A stretch of 64,000 nucleotides of DNA from Psammoneis japonica. Its lineage: Eukaryota. How positions within the stretch are numbered: position 1 is the stretch's first letter; the number at the start of each line of letters is the position of its first letter. The position numbers were made by a program, and so were the translations under genes. The stretch spans positions 62,001 through 126,000 of the forward strand of contig QPGO01000202.1 in assembly GCA_008632985.1 (NCBI GenBank). The letters are read 5' to 3'. The notes under the pieces are model-generated. The model was not told where the DNA came from. It saw nothing but the letters and a program-made list of their open reading frames with translations, and made no database searches. Below, in pieces: positions 23,760 to 36,600 of the stretch.

Positions 23760-25261
23760 TCACTCGACAACGGAGATCCACTCAATCAGCGGCTCATTTT
23801 GTTCCGCCTGCACACCAAATGTGAGAGTATTTTTGCCAGCTACAAAGCTTTCTACCTCTATGGGTAGAACAGTCGAAACACCACCATTGGAGCACCACCC
23901 CCCTGAGCTCACAAAAGGAAACGTTGTGGTTGGACCGTCGTTCACGCGCACGCTAAGGATCCGATCTTTGGCGGTGAGGAACCCGACATTAACGGCATAG
24001 TTCCCCGCAGATTGTACCGTGACTGCAAAACTAGCGGTCCCCCCACCCTTGCCCAAAGACTTGATCATCTTGGTCCCAGTCGATTCACAGGTAAATAACT
24101 CAGCCTGTCCACCAAAGTCCGCTTCTTCCGCACTCATGCGAACACCTGGGAAGTTGCAGTCTAGGTTACTTTGATTCAGATACCCATGTCCAAGCGGCGT
24201 GAGCTTTCCTGATTGGTATGTGAGATAATTTGGTTTGATTTGCTATTCCAAGTCGCCCACCAGGAGTAGCGCTCGATATTTTCGATCTCCTCCATTTCTG
24301 CAATTGAACCCTTACCATGCGAACCAGGCTTCTGTCCCGTAATGCGCAGGCACTGCTCCTTACTGCTAGGGTGAGGCGCAACTGCTTCCCAGTAGCAGTT
24401 CGTCTCAGTAATCCAGAGATCGCGACTTTTGAGATACTCATTCCATTCTTTTTCTTTCTTGCCGCCATAGTCTCCCAACTTTTCTTTGAGGAGGTTGATC
24501 AAATTAGATCTATCGCCACCGTACAAATCCTTCCAACTGGATGCCTTGCAGTCGTATTCATGGACGGCAAACTTGTTAATAAGTTCAATATCGCAAGATG
24601 GTTCCTCATTGCGTTTGTCCCAGCAAGCCTTAAGGAAGTCAGAGAACCACAAAATTCCATTCTTGCTCGCCTTGGTGGTAGGAGAAACAAGTTTCAGACC
24701 AACAGCAACAGCCGCAGGCTGCACAAAAGTTCTCCAGTAGTCGGCAGCCTCCTCGGGGGTCAAATCTTTTGGCGGGGGATTATTGTACATCTCGTTGAAC
24801 CCCATCAAATATTGAATCGGTGTTTTGCGATCTTTCTTGGCCTTGGTAAGCACATCGATGACATCCTCCAATGTGCAGGTGGGGGTTTTCAAGCTGTCAA
24901 AGTAGCAGCGAATGCTTCCGTCAATGTTATTCGCGTACGGTTGGGCTATCATGGGGACAAATTCGACACCGTTCTTATCGGCCCACGGGCCTTGCCAATG
25001 TAGTGGCGTCTGTTTGTAATTGTAGAACCACGAGACGGCCTCATTGAAATGCTCGACGGAAGGCTGCACTACTTTGTTTCCGATTATTAGGCCTTTCTTG
25101 GTCTGAAGATCATCATCGCCTTTCTTGTCTTTCTTATTCACACGACGTACTAGGCGCTGCTCGTGATCGCTGTTCTCGTGAAGATCGCCTCGCAGAACAT
25201 CGGACGCAACATAAGCCAAGAAGAGCACTAGCAGCAAGAGGGAGTGGAAGGCCGCTTTCAT
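23760..25261 (-). CDS. Secreted GH128-like (Glyco_hydro_cc) glucanase with C-terminal CBM6/35-like module; 1-nt frameshift at ~24240
   Basis: Signal peptide; SWFYNY, EFVPMI, YLMGFNE, AVHEY, LWITE, ERYSW. Adding one A at 24239-41 gives KIKPNYLTYQSGKLTPLGHGY running in frame into the 23760-24137 beta-sandwich ORF. Confidence 0.8.
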
Positions 25262-25744
25262 AGTTCTCCGTCAAATAGAGTAGAATGGAGGTGGGGCATT
25301 TGATAAAGGTGGTGCAAGAAATTAGAAATTTAAATTTTTTCGGAAGACACACAAGATTGCTTCATACTCGAGTACAGTACAGTACTACCGGTACACACGG
25401 CTACGTACGTACCCGCGACCTTTTCCAATTAATTCTTAAAGTCCGCATAAAAAAGGTCATTATGAAATTGCAGTATCAATAATTTAGATGGTTCATAATC
25501 TTATGCACGTAGTTCTTGCAATTCCGTTGGAGAGTAGTTCAATGTGAATTATACAGATAATCATACAAAATTTATATTAAATGATATCCATTTTATATAA
25601 GTCAGTATTAATAGAATAGATTTACACATTTTACATTGATTGCCGTTGAGACGACTGATGGAGTTTAGATGTTTAAGTCTCAACGGAAAATCATTTCTCT
25701 TTCTGATTCACGAAAATTTTAAAATTTACTCTTTCTCAATGTGC

Positions 25745-26240
25745 TGAAAAGTTTTCAAACCTGCATGAGATCTTCCAAGTCACCTGAATCAGAAATTTGT
25801 GAAAGATGCAGTGTCAAGAGACTTTGTGGACCTGCCTTGCAGCTGCACGGAGGAGCAGAAAGATGTGTGCTGCCCACCAAGAACTCAAGCACTGTGCTTG
25901 TCATGACGAAGCGCGAGTTGGCAGCAGACTCTTTCAAGGCACACTTTGCAGACCACTTTCCAACAAGGGGACAGTGCAATGACCAAGACCAGCCAACCAC
26001 AATCTAGAAAGAGCAGCAGCAAAATGCAAAATGCTTTGGTGAGCAAGCCCGGTTGGCTGCACACAAAAACATTGAGAACACTTGACCACACCCTTTGCGA
26101 GAGAGAAAAGATTGAATGAAATGTTTTGTGCAGTTGAGCAGCGTGCAGCAAAGAACAACAAAGCTTTTTCAGTGATTGATGCTGATGCTAAAATCTTTGG
26201 TGCCTGCTGTGCAGGCACAAAGCCAAGTTTTGCTGGCTCC
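25745..26240 (+). mobile_element. Degenerate 3' part of a Penelope-like element (GIY-YIG region), tentative
   Basis: Peptide fragments FSNLHEIFQ, SRDFVDLPCSC, ADSFKAHFADHF, KTLRTLDHTLCEREKIE and KIFGACC...KPSF occur in the order I recall for Penelope-type C-termini. Frameshifted; not database-verified. Confidence 0.45.
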
Positions 26241-26699
26241 CAAAAGAGACATCTGGCGTGAAAAGCACCCAAGCTGAAGAAGGCAGCAGCGCGCATGAAA
26301 CAAGCTGCAGCAGTGGAGTCATGTGCACACATGGAATCACCCCACCTCCAGAGCCAACTGCTGTCAGTGCATGACACACAGATTCAGCAAGGGATCAGTT
26401 TGGTTGTCACCAACAACTGAGTTTCACTTCTGTTTTTGTCCATGCAATGTTTTGATTTCCATTGAAGCCAAGACATTTTAGTGTCTTTTGGTTGCAACAG
26501 ATTTCTGTTGCAACAAATTTCCAATGAAAATTGACAACTCCTTTGGAACATTGCAGCTCAAGCAGACAGTGCTGGCATGTCCTTCTTCAAACAACAACAA
26601 CGAAGTGACAACATTTGACAGATGGCGCGGCACCAACTTTTTGCTCTGTTTGCAGAGTTGCAAGCCACAAGACTTTGCAAAATGCCACTTTGCGAGAGG

Positions 26700-27140
26700 G
26701 GCACAATTCTGCCTCAGTTTCACAGCCATGCCCTTTGCATGTTTTTCTGAACAGGCTCTGGTGCAGATGTTGCCTTTCTCTGATGGGTGATGATGGTTCC
26801 TGCCTGCCTGTTCAGACCCATTTTTTTGTCAACATGCCTTCATTCTATGATCACAGCAATCTTGTGAAGTGGAAATGATTGACGTTGAGCCCTTTTAGTT
26901 TGTTTGCTTGGCACTCTTCTGGGCAATGTTTGTTCTCACATGCAAAGTTGCTGCACCAGTTTTGGCTCAAATTCTGCAAGTCATTTCAGATGGATGACTC
27001 ATCAAACCACCAAAACTGCACTCGCTCTCCACACCCCTCAAGTGTCAATGACCCCCCCTTCTCCCCACTGTCCATTTGAGTTTCCTGCTTTATGTGGTGA
27101 ACAATCTTCCGTGGTTGCTGTTTTCAGAAGTTTGAAGATG
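26700..27140 (+). repeat. Dispersed repeat X, copy 1 (unclassified)
   Basis: Homologous to the reverse complement of 53270-53666 and to 58790-59103 (e.g. gcacaattctgcctcag...gatgttgcctttctctgatgg...tcaatgacccccccttctccc). Confidence 0.8.
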
Positions 27141-30091
27141 AGACCAACTCAGCACACATTGGCCATTCCATCATGTGTGCCAACAAGTCCACACAAGTTT
27201 CAGCACATTTTCTGCGCGTCTTGAAGGTCATTCAAGACATTTGATTTGCCAAACTGCCAGCTGCTTTCAGTCCATGCCTCTCCCAAACAAACAACTCCCC
27301 TTCCACCTGTTGTTTGTTCAAGTTCTGAGCTCCATGTTGTGAACAATCCTGGATTGTTGCTGCTCCCAGAAGCATGAAATTGAGACCAGCTCAGTGTGAG
27401 TTGGCAGTCAACATGTGTCCTGCTTTTTCTCATGTTAAAACTTTTTCCAGACTGCCCATTTTGCCTTTGCCACCAGATCTGATCCCAGGAAGAAGGCCCT
27501 TTTCCAGTGTCAAGTGCTTTGCTTTTGAAGTTTTGATGTGCTGGTCCTGTTTTTGTTGCCAAAAGCTGTTTCTGGTGGATGCCACAGCCTTGTGTCATCA
27601 ATCTTGCTCAACTGGCTGGTTGCTGCCCATCCTGCTTTGGGTTGGCTTTTTGCCAGAGTTGCAGGGCAGAAGCGCAGCACCGCTTTGAACATGGAATTTG
27701 GGTTTGTTGTTTTGTTTTGCTGTGCCAGAGGGCCAGCCACTGCAGGCTGGTGGGCTGCTGGCAAGGTTTTGTTTTGAGTCCTGCCCCTGCTGCTGCTCAG
27801 CTTCATCCAACCTCAGCTTTTTCTTTCCCAGCAACTGGAGCCATGCTCTTGGCTGCAGTTGCCAAGAGCCACCCAGTGCTCACATCCAAAGCTTCCATTT
27901 TGTCTCTCAAAAACTTTCTTGTGTTGCGCCAAAGACAACTGCTGCTGTTTTGGGGCTGTTTGTGATGCCGTTGCACAGTGCCAGCTGAAAATTTCTTTCC
28001 TTTGCCAATTGTTTGAAATGCTGGACACTTGCTTCTGGGATTTGCAGCTTGAGTGGATCTCCATTGAAGTTGTGTGTTGGCCCCAAAAGTTTTGATTTCA
28101 ATGTTTGTTTCAGTTTCAAAATTTTGGGTTTTGACAAATTTGGCTTCAACAGATCTGTACAAAAAACAGACAGTTCTTTCAGTGCTGTAAAAAAAACTTT
28201 GTCATCATGTGTTGTTGTTTGCATGATTGAGGCAATGGGTTGTGCATGCCATGCTGCACTTGATTGCTCTGATGTGCCAATCTCAACAAACTCATTGGGA
28301 GCTCTGTTTTGAATTTTGTCATGGGCAAGTGACAAGCAAAACACCCATTGCCAGTCAACAAAGTTGGTGCACACCTTCCCAAAGTGTCCTGGCATGTGGC
28401 ACAGTTTCAACAGATTTGCCAGAGCCTCTGGCTCTCATGCCATGCCCAAGTTTTTGTTTCTCAGACAGCTTGTGCTGTTTTCATCACAGGTGTCTTCAAC
28501 CAGCCAGCTTGACAACAGTCTTGGCAGGCTGCAAATGATTTAGAGCAGCTGGCAGAGAGTGCACAATGTTGCAGCATTCCACATCATTGTCAGAGCCACA
28601 CACTCAATCTCTTGCATTTTGTGTTTGTTTTGCCTTTTTTTGTGGTCAAGGGGGGCTGTGCACAGGCACAGTTTGCCTCATTGCATGCCACAAAGCTTGA
28701 GATTGTTTCATCAGCCTTGGGGATTTTTTCTCCATGAAAACAGGACAATCCACTTGGGTGCTGGAGCTTCAACTTTTTTCAGATCTTTGTCACAAGCAAC
28801 ATGACAGACCATGTGTTTTCAACTTGACTGAGCCAGTGGATTGGAAAATCAGCCACAAGCACCATTTTGTGGTCAACTGACTCAAAATGAGAAATGACTC
28901 ACATTCATGTGTGAACAATGCAAGTGACAAGGTCTGGCTGTTGTTGTTGCTCATGTGCATGTCAGAAGCAGGTCCGATCAGTCCAATGCACTGCCAAAAG
29001 AAGAAAAACTTTCATTTGTGCTTGCCACACGTGGAAGTGAAAAAGTTGTCATTGTGATCAATTTTCTGCATCACTGGCAAGGAAGACACCAGGAGAGAGT
29101 TTTTGGAGCCTTCTTGTGCACATCTCCCCTGTGCTGTGACCAAGTCCATTTGTGAAATGCTGGGTCATTGGCGTGACACTTGGGCTCATGTTCCCAACAT
29201 TTGGGCTTCAGTCACCTCCTCTGGCTCAAATTGTGTGTGCCTGCTCTCTCACTCTTTTTTGGTGCTCACCTCTCTCTTTTTTTTCAATGATGTGGGTGCA
29301 CCATGCTGTGCACAATGCATTGGCAATCAGCAGCCACAGCATGGTCTGCTCACACCACATTGGAAAAAAAATTGTGTCACAAATCTGTGGTCCAATGACT
29401 CCCTGCCAGTCACTGCCTCATGTCAGCAGCACTCACAAGATGTGTCGGACTTGTTCATGCATGCCCCACATGCACACACACCAAACATTCTTGTCCATTG
29501 TCTGCAGCCTGTTAAGGTGGCAGCACCAAGGTGGAATCTTTGATCATTGCAGCCAAAAAGTGCAGGCCAAACAACAAAGAGAACATGATGTAATTTTTTG
29601 GCGGCAGTGATTTTTTGGAGTTTTCATGGCACTGCAGCAACACACCAAATGAAGAGGATGGACAGACATTGGATGACAAGACAAGGCAGGCCTGTTCAAG
29701 ATTGCCTTTGTTGTTCCTGGCAGGTAGCTGGCAGCACATGGGGCCAGTTGTGGCAACCCGATGTTGGCCTCTAGCGCGCTGAAAATCCCCTCCCCGCCCT
29801 CGCATTGCAGGAGAGCGGGAGTTGTGATTGTCGCCCTTCCGAGTATTTCGTCAATAGTAAAACTGACCAATAAAGAAGTGTATGTGTATGAAGAAAAATG
29901 CACTCGAAAGACTTAGCGTCGGTTTGCACTTCCTCGTCGACGTTTCTCATTGCAAGCACAAAAGAAAGAAATTATTCTTAACACTGTATGGCATGCAGCT
30001 CCTAACACAAACGAAAAACCCACCCCACGGCTGCGATAACACAGACCTCAAACGTTCATAATCACATAGTCTACACTACTGTGCCGATAGA

Positions 30092-31320
30092 CTAGTCCCG
30101 TCCACCGCGTCGAAAACGTTTCTTCTTGTGAGCCGAACGTTCCTCCCGGCGGTGTCGAACCTGCTTTCCTTTAAATTCAATAAAGTCTTGCCAATACTTG
30201 GTTTCTTCGACTCCCTCCAAAACTTTTGCCGATTCCACCTTGGCTCCTGCAATCAAGAGTTCTCCACTGTGGAGTTTTTCGGCAATCTTGCCAATTTCGT
30301 CGGCAGGCTCGCCAAACCGAATGGCTCCCGTGGTTTGTCCACGAGAATAATCGACATAAATGTTCTTTTCCTTGACATCATCATCCGAAATGCCCATAAA
30401 CTCCGCCACCGTACCACGAAGAGCCTCTCGATCACAGCCTTCCACAAGACCCGTAATGGAAATGACACAGCCTGGTTTCCAATCAATCGAAAACTCTTCT
30501 TCTTCCTTCTTGTCTTCGTCTTCGTCTTCTTTTTCCACCTTGTCGTGGCCTCTCTTCAAGCCTTCCTTTTCTTTGCTTTCCTTTTCTGCGGCTTCTTTCT
30601 CTGCGGCTTCCTTTTCTTCTTGCTCTCTCTTCTTCTTGGCATCCAACTTTTCCTTGAGCGTCATGACTTGGAGCGCGTTTCCTCCGAGCTCCAACGTCTT
30701 GTTTGGCGTGACGCTTTCTCCGTTTTTGAGTGTGCACAAGTCGGACGCTGCCTTGTCGAGTTCCTCGGCCGTTTCATATTCGATAAATGCCGCACCTACC
30801 GGGACATTCCACTTTCTCCTGGGTGACGACGTGCTGTTGTTGTCGTCGTCCGCCGGTTTGAATCGAAACTTGACGAGAGTGACTTTTCCGTAGGGTTCAA
30901 ACAAAGGACGCAAATCGGAAACCGTGACGGCATAACGAATATTCTTTTTTCCGTCCTCCTTTTTAATTTCCTTAAGTGGCAGGTTGGAAACGTACAGCGT
31001 CAGGGGAATGTTGTCGTCCATTTGCTTCATGGTAAAGGGCACGACACGACCAATGGCGGTTTCATCCTCATTCAACACGAGAACTCGGGCAATGTCTTGG
31101 CTGCCTTGGCTACAATCGACGGGTCTGCCGTGTGTTGCTTGATGGAATTGAAACGCAACAAAACTTCAATCGGAACAAAACCCTTTTCGGATTTGAGAAG
31201 CTTTTGTCTCATGAAATAATCGGACCGGACATTGGGATTGGAATAGAAAAATTCCAAGCGCTCGGCAACCAACGACACAACTGGATTTTCTTCTGCAGTA
31301 GTAGAGTCTTCCTCCTTCAT
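30092..31320 (-). CDS. SSB: La/SSB-family RNA-binding protein (La motif, RRM, C-terminal RRM); 1-nt frameshift at ~31083
   Basis: 'RLEFFYSNPNVRSDYFM...GFVPIEVLLRFNSIK', 'TLYVSNLP', 'YVDYSRGQTTGAIRF', 'LEGVEETKYW'. One added base joins the two ORFs (E-F/V-LVLNEDETAIGR). Confidence 0.85.
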
Positions 31321-31743
31321 GGTTTCTATTGCTTTTGATTATTGCTGATGATCGATCAACAAACTGGGGGTCAAGCCACTGAATATGTTGCTGTCGGGTG
31401 AGCTGTCTGTGAAACGTGCTCGTGCCAATCCCACACGATACACGCGATCAACTTTTTTTTGGAATTTTGGATGGCGGGAATCATGCGTCCGTGTGTCGTG
31501 TGTCTGCCGTTGCGGCCCAAAAATGAACGGTCCTGATTGGGTAATGAGTATGTTGATGGTGACGTATCAAAGATCGCGATCTTGATCTTTTTTTGAAATC
31601 GCCAACAGATCGATACTCCGCGTTGTGAGAAAAGCAACGTCGACACACATACTTGTGCCGTTGTTGCATTTGCATCTTGCTTAGTCCATTGACACTGTTT
31701 GCAGTCCTTATCACTCTATCGACAATAAGAAAAGATCGCAATC

Positions 31744-33423
31744 ATGTCCCTTATTCTCGGCAGTAGCACCAATGAACAGCAACCCCGTTGTGTCGTGGAC
31801 CGCAACGTTTTGAATGAAGAAACGGTTGCCGACTTGGACGACATGGGCTTGTCCGTCTTTGCTCCGCTGTGTGGACGAAACCGTGGAGCCTTTGTCTTGG
31901 ACCCTCCCGATGGCAGCACCTATGGATGCGTATCCTTTCCTCCCAAGCTCAAACAACTTGCCGGCGTCAAGGCCGATGCCAACATTACGGATTCCAACTC
32001 CATTGGCGAGCATTTGGTGGATGGCAACATAACCGCCAAGGATGCGGTGAATTTGATTGATCTCGTTGTACAGTCGGTTTACAAGTCAACGCCCGACTTG
32101 AACAAGAATCCGTATGCCTGTGATCTGGGAGGTCTGGCCGTGCTTGAGTGTGACTACGAGAAAAAGCCAGAAATTATGCAGGGAGGTGAACCGATTCGAG
32201 CGGTAACACTGGCTGGTGTCTTTGTACCAGCTCCTTGGGCCACCGGAGGCAAGCCCCTCCTTCTAGATCAAGCCAAAACTTTCTATGGAGCAAGTGATTT
32301 TGAGGAAATGAAGGCACTGGGACTCAACGCTGTGCAAATTCCCGTGCCTCGCGAGGCCTTTGGCGACGACGACGATGCAGCCATCCTTGACGCACTAAAA
32401 GACTTGCTCAAACTCATTGAGGACGCCGGACTCAAGGCCATTGTCAGTCTGGTTGGTTCTTCCGCCGAAACGGATTCTGTCAAAGCCGCCGCCGCTTTTG
32501 GAGAAAAACACGATGCTGTGCTTGCCGTGACGCTCCCCTCCAAGGCGGTTGATGTCGTTGCCGTGGCTCGTGCCGCTGCACCCAACTTGACGCTCTTTGT
32601 TCCAGTCAATGGCGGGGACTTGCAATCACTAGAAGCCTTTAGCAACAAGGATGACAATATCTTTGCCGCGCTCGACATGTCGCATTCCAACAATGTCGGT
32701 GACGTTGCCTCATCCACCAGTGAGGATGATCGCATGAAGATGTTTTACCATGAGGCGGTTTCCTGTGTGGCTCGGTCTCCACTCGAGTACGCTGCGTGCT
32801 TTCAAAGTATGCCCGTCTTTGTGTCGAGAGGCTTTGACTTGTCTGTGGACGATTGCATCAAGGAGGGTACTCCCATGTTCAAAAACTATGGACAGTGTGA
32901 TAGGTTTAACGACACGGTCGACTCGGGTTGGTGGGAACGTCACCGCAAGTCCTTTGCCGAGCGTCAAGTCTTTTCGTACGAACAAGGTCTTGGATGGAGC
33001 TTTGCAACGTGGAAGCTGTACGGGAAAGACAACAAGGGGGTGATGGATTCTCCTGCCAAACTGCTTTCCTTGTCGGACGTGGCTGCCGCGGGACTCTTAC
33101 CGTCCCTTACGAAGACGGATGTTGTTCCATTAGCATGCCTCAATCCTCCCAAGTCCGACTTTGTCTTGGGCGACGCCACAGAAGCGCCCACTCCAGCGCC
33201 TCCTCCCGATTGCGGTAACGGATGGTGGAACTTCAACACGTCCCAGTGCGATTACTGGATCCCGCCCACTCCGGCGCCTTGTCCAGCGTGTCATGATGCA
33301 ACAACCAAAGTTGTGGCTGTATCGGCACTCTCGGGAGCCGCCGTGGCGCTTGTGATTGGTGGCATTGTCGCCAAACTCTTTGGAGGAGGAAAAAAGGAGG
33401 GATACACCGAGTTGCCCAACTAG
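31744..33423 (+). CDS. GH5 exo-beta-1,3-glucanase-like protein with C-terminal transmembrane anchor
   Basis: 'EMKALGLNAVQIPV', 'RKSFAERQVFSYEQGLGWSFATWK', Pro/Thr/Cys linker, TM helix and GYTELP tail. N-terminus uncertain. Confidence 0.7.
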   Translation: MSLILGSSTNEQQPRCVVDRNVLNEETVADLDDMGLSVFAPLCGRNRGAFVLDPPDGSTYGCVSFPPKLKQLAGVKADANITDSNSIGEHLVDGNITAKDAVNLIDLVVQSVYKSTPDLNKNPYACDLGGLAVLECDYEKKPEIMQGGEPIRAVTLAGVFVPAPWATGGKPLLLDQAKTFYGASDFEEMKALGLNAVQIPVPREAFGDDDDAAILDALKDLLKLIEDAGLKAIVSLVGSSAETDSVKAAAAFGEKHDAVLAVTLPSKAVDVVAVARAAAPNLTLFVPVNGGDLQSLEAFSNKDDNIFAALDMSHSNNVGDVASSTSEDDRMKMFYHEAVSCVARSPLEYAACFQSMPVFVSRGFDLSVDDCIKEGTPMFKNYGQCDRFNDTVDSGWWERHRKSFAERQVFSYEQGLGWSFATWKLYGKDNKGVMDSPAKLLSLSDVAAAGLLPSLTKTDVVPLACLNPPKSDFVLGDATEAPTPAPPPDCGNGWWNFNTSQCDYWIPPTPAPCPACHDATTKVVAVSALSGAAVALVIGGIVAKLFGGGKKEGYTELPN

Positions 33424-33635
33424 AAAACGCGGATACAGGTGGACGAATGTTGTCATGAGTGTGGAAAGCACTGAATACGGCATATAGATGGATTAGAAAA
33501 GGGACTAGAACATTATAATAAAAGCTAGCAAGGACAGTTGCAGTAGATTACAAAGGTTCTCATTTGCGCCGTCAAACATGCAATCGATTCTTTTATGCAA
33601 GGCACAACATCATCTAGCTCCAAATGACCAGACTA

Positions 33636-36600
33636 TCAACTATTAAACAATGCAACCTCAGCTTCCAGCTCCAAACTTCCTCCTGAGCTGTCATCCGATT
33701 GATCCCATTCGCCGACGATACCAAAGGATTCGGAGGAGCATGTCCCTTCCTCCTCGTCGTCGGGCGCTTTCTTTTCACCGCCAAAGGGACGATGAGGTCT
33801 TCTAATTTGATCATCAGCAATGTCACCTCTCACCGAAATCCCAACTCCCTCGTTGTTGCATTGTTCATCAGTCAAAGTGGGTGTTGCGCGCCTTTTCTGT
33901 CTCTTATTTTGTTCGCTGCTTTGATTATCCAGGGCTGACAGAGTTTGTCCGCTGCAAGGTTTTTCTGTCGACGCCTTCCGTTTTCGAAATTTTGGATCAG
34001 AAAGGTTGTGAGAGTATGCAATTTCCCGAAGCGCGTCAAGGACTTCTTCCGCTTCCAACGTCAGAGACGTGATTCGCTGATGGTGCGACGAAAACACCCA
34101 TGATTCGCCAGCAAGATCTAGCTCCGACGACGTGGCGCAGCCGCGCCTCTTTTTAGCCGTTGTTGTTGCCTGCCCGCGTATAAATTCGCACAAGGAAAGC
34201 ACCTTGGCAGTGCCATTGGAAGCAAAGCAGTCCAAAAGCTGCTGCAAGTAGACGATCGACCCAGGGTCAAAGACACCTGCATTCCTCTCCTCGAGCGAGA
34301 GGAGAGGTTGCGAGTTGCGCCATTGGACACAGCGGTGTGCGTGATACAGGGATACGTTTAACATGTGATGGCAGAAATTCAACACGGCGGTTGTTATTCG
34401 CTTTGGAAACGCCTTAAATGACGACTGAAACAAGTCAATCAATCGACAGCAAGCTTCAAGCATGGCTTCAAGATGTTGATATGGACTCAGCCGATTGTTG
34501 GAAGTGAGTCGGCCCACTGCTTCTGTACTGTCGTCCGCAGAGGGCGACATTGCAAGCAACGACACTGACATGTGCATTAACATTTCAAAAAACAAGGCAA
34601 ACGACGAGTACGTCAAGCGTGGAATGCCTGAAAAGAACGGGCGCGAGCCTTTGACCAATACATCCGCACCACGAGTTGCTCCCGCTCTTTTTGTCGCCTT
34701 TTCATTGACATCATCCAGCAAGTCCTCTAGGGAACTGGTAAGCTTCGAGACGTACTCAACAGACTGTCTCCATGACCCAGGCGTCATGGCCATAAGACCC
34801 CATATTACCAAGAGGGAGTCCCGCAGATCAGAATGTTGCTTAAAGTCTCGAGTCATCGTATGTGCACTCTTCAGAATGGTAGCTTGAACTGCTTTAACCG
34901 CTGGCCCTACCTTCCACCGTAGATCGCTCCCCCTTTCAGACGAATGCGCTTCAATTACTTCAAGGAAGATAAAAGGAAGGTCGACGGCGCTACCAAGCCC
35001 ATCTCTTGCTGCATTCGATGGGTGCACCGTGTGCAGTGCCTGCCAACTCGCTTTTAATGCCAAAACAAGCAGCTCCTGGTCACCACGAGACGCCAAAATG
35101 GAAATAAGATCCAACAGCTCCGAACTCATGACAGCATCTTCACATGATTTCAATTCCAAAAGAAGATATCCGACGACGTTGGAAAGACACTCGCCGACGA
35201 GGACTGGTTCCTGCAACTCCACTGAAGAAGCGGTTGGACAACTAGATCTTCCAGATGCTATAATGTAGCTATTCCATACCTGGAGCAAATCAACGAACCG
35301 ATGATGTTTCATTCTTTGGGATCCAGCTTCGCCAATCTCATCTCTCAGAAATATGGTGTCATCCGTTCCCTGTCGGTCTTCTTCGACAGCTTTAATGAGA
35401 AGAATTTTTATCAAGCCAATGTAGGAAAACGAGAGCTTCAACGAGTTCTCGTGGACAGAAAGTGCTAGTTCGCTAGTTTCCTCATCTGGAATTTCGCCCC
35501 CCTTTAACATCCAACAGGCAACACGGCAACCGTCAGCTTCTGATATGGGAATTTCAGTCCAATCCAATTTCAAAGTACTTACATCTTCAACCGGGATACT
35601 GTGAGCAATTCGTCGCAGCTGAGGTAGTGCATTCAAGAGGTGCGAAAGCACATTCACACCGTTTTTGAAAACAAAAACATCAGCCCATGCTGCCTTTCCG
35701 GTGCTTGCGTGACCTGACAACAGGACTGTATCGGTTGTACCGGAGAACGCGCCAACAGTGCAGTCGTCTTGCCCCAACACAGAAATATCTAGAACTCCAT
35801 TGTTTCGTTCAGATGCAACAACTCTTCTGCGCGCGATCTCAGCTAGATGGTTCATCAGACGCTGCCTGAGTTTTGCGGTGTGTTGAAACTGCAGTTTGTT
35901 CTCGATTTGCGAATGTATCGGTGGCGTGTGAGAAGCAAAAGATGCCATGTTTCTCAGGACTTCATCATCATCTGAACACATGAGGCAGTCCCGCAGAACT
36001 GAAGGATTACAGAAAGTCGTCGTTGAAAATTGCGTTGATAGTACCTCCGCGATCTGTTTAGTCACAAGATCGATATCCATTACTACCCTATTTATCGCCT
36101 TGAAGAAAAGAAGGCAATGAAAGAAAGCCAGCACAACATGAGACATGCGCCCAACCTGCACCTTAAACGTGAATCGAGTTAACACTTACGACCCGTAACT
36201 CAGTTTCATCCATGCCTCCCTCGTCAGATTCGTCATCTTCAGAAGCCCGAATACTTTCTGAACTTGCCCGGCTTTTCCCAATCTTTTCGCTATTCAGTTC
36301 ACCCGCTTTGCCCCCGTTCTTTCGAAACTTCCTTATCGCTGATTTGTACTTCTCCAACATATCGGTGCAAAACCGACATTTCCCTTTCAAATCATACACC
36401 TTCAATAGCTGGTATTTCATAAGCTGCAGCAACTGGGTACGCTTGCCTTCAGCTGTATTATTTGAAGTGTCGGCGGTGGTACGCGATTTGTCGGTAGTGT
36501 TGGTAGCAAACCTAGAATTGTAGTGGGCGTAGGCATTATCCAATACGGCGAATGAAAGCCCGATGCTCATCAGGCAAACCATGGATAGCCGAAAGATTGT

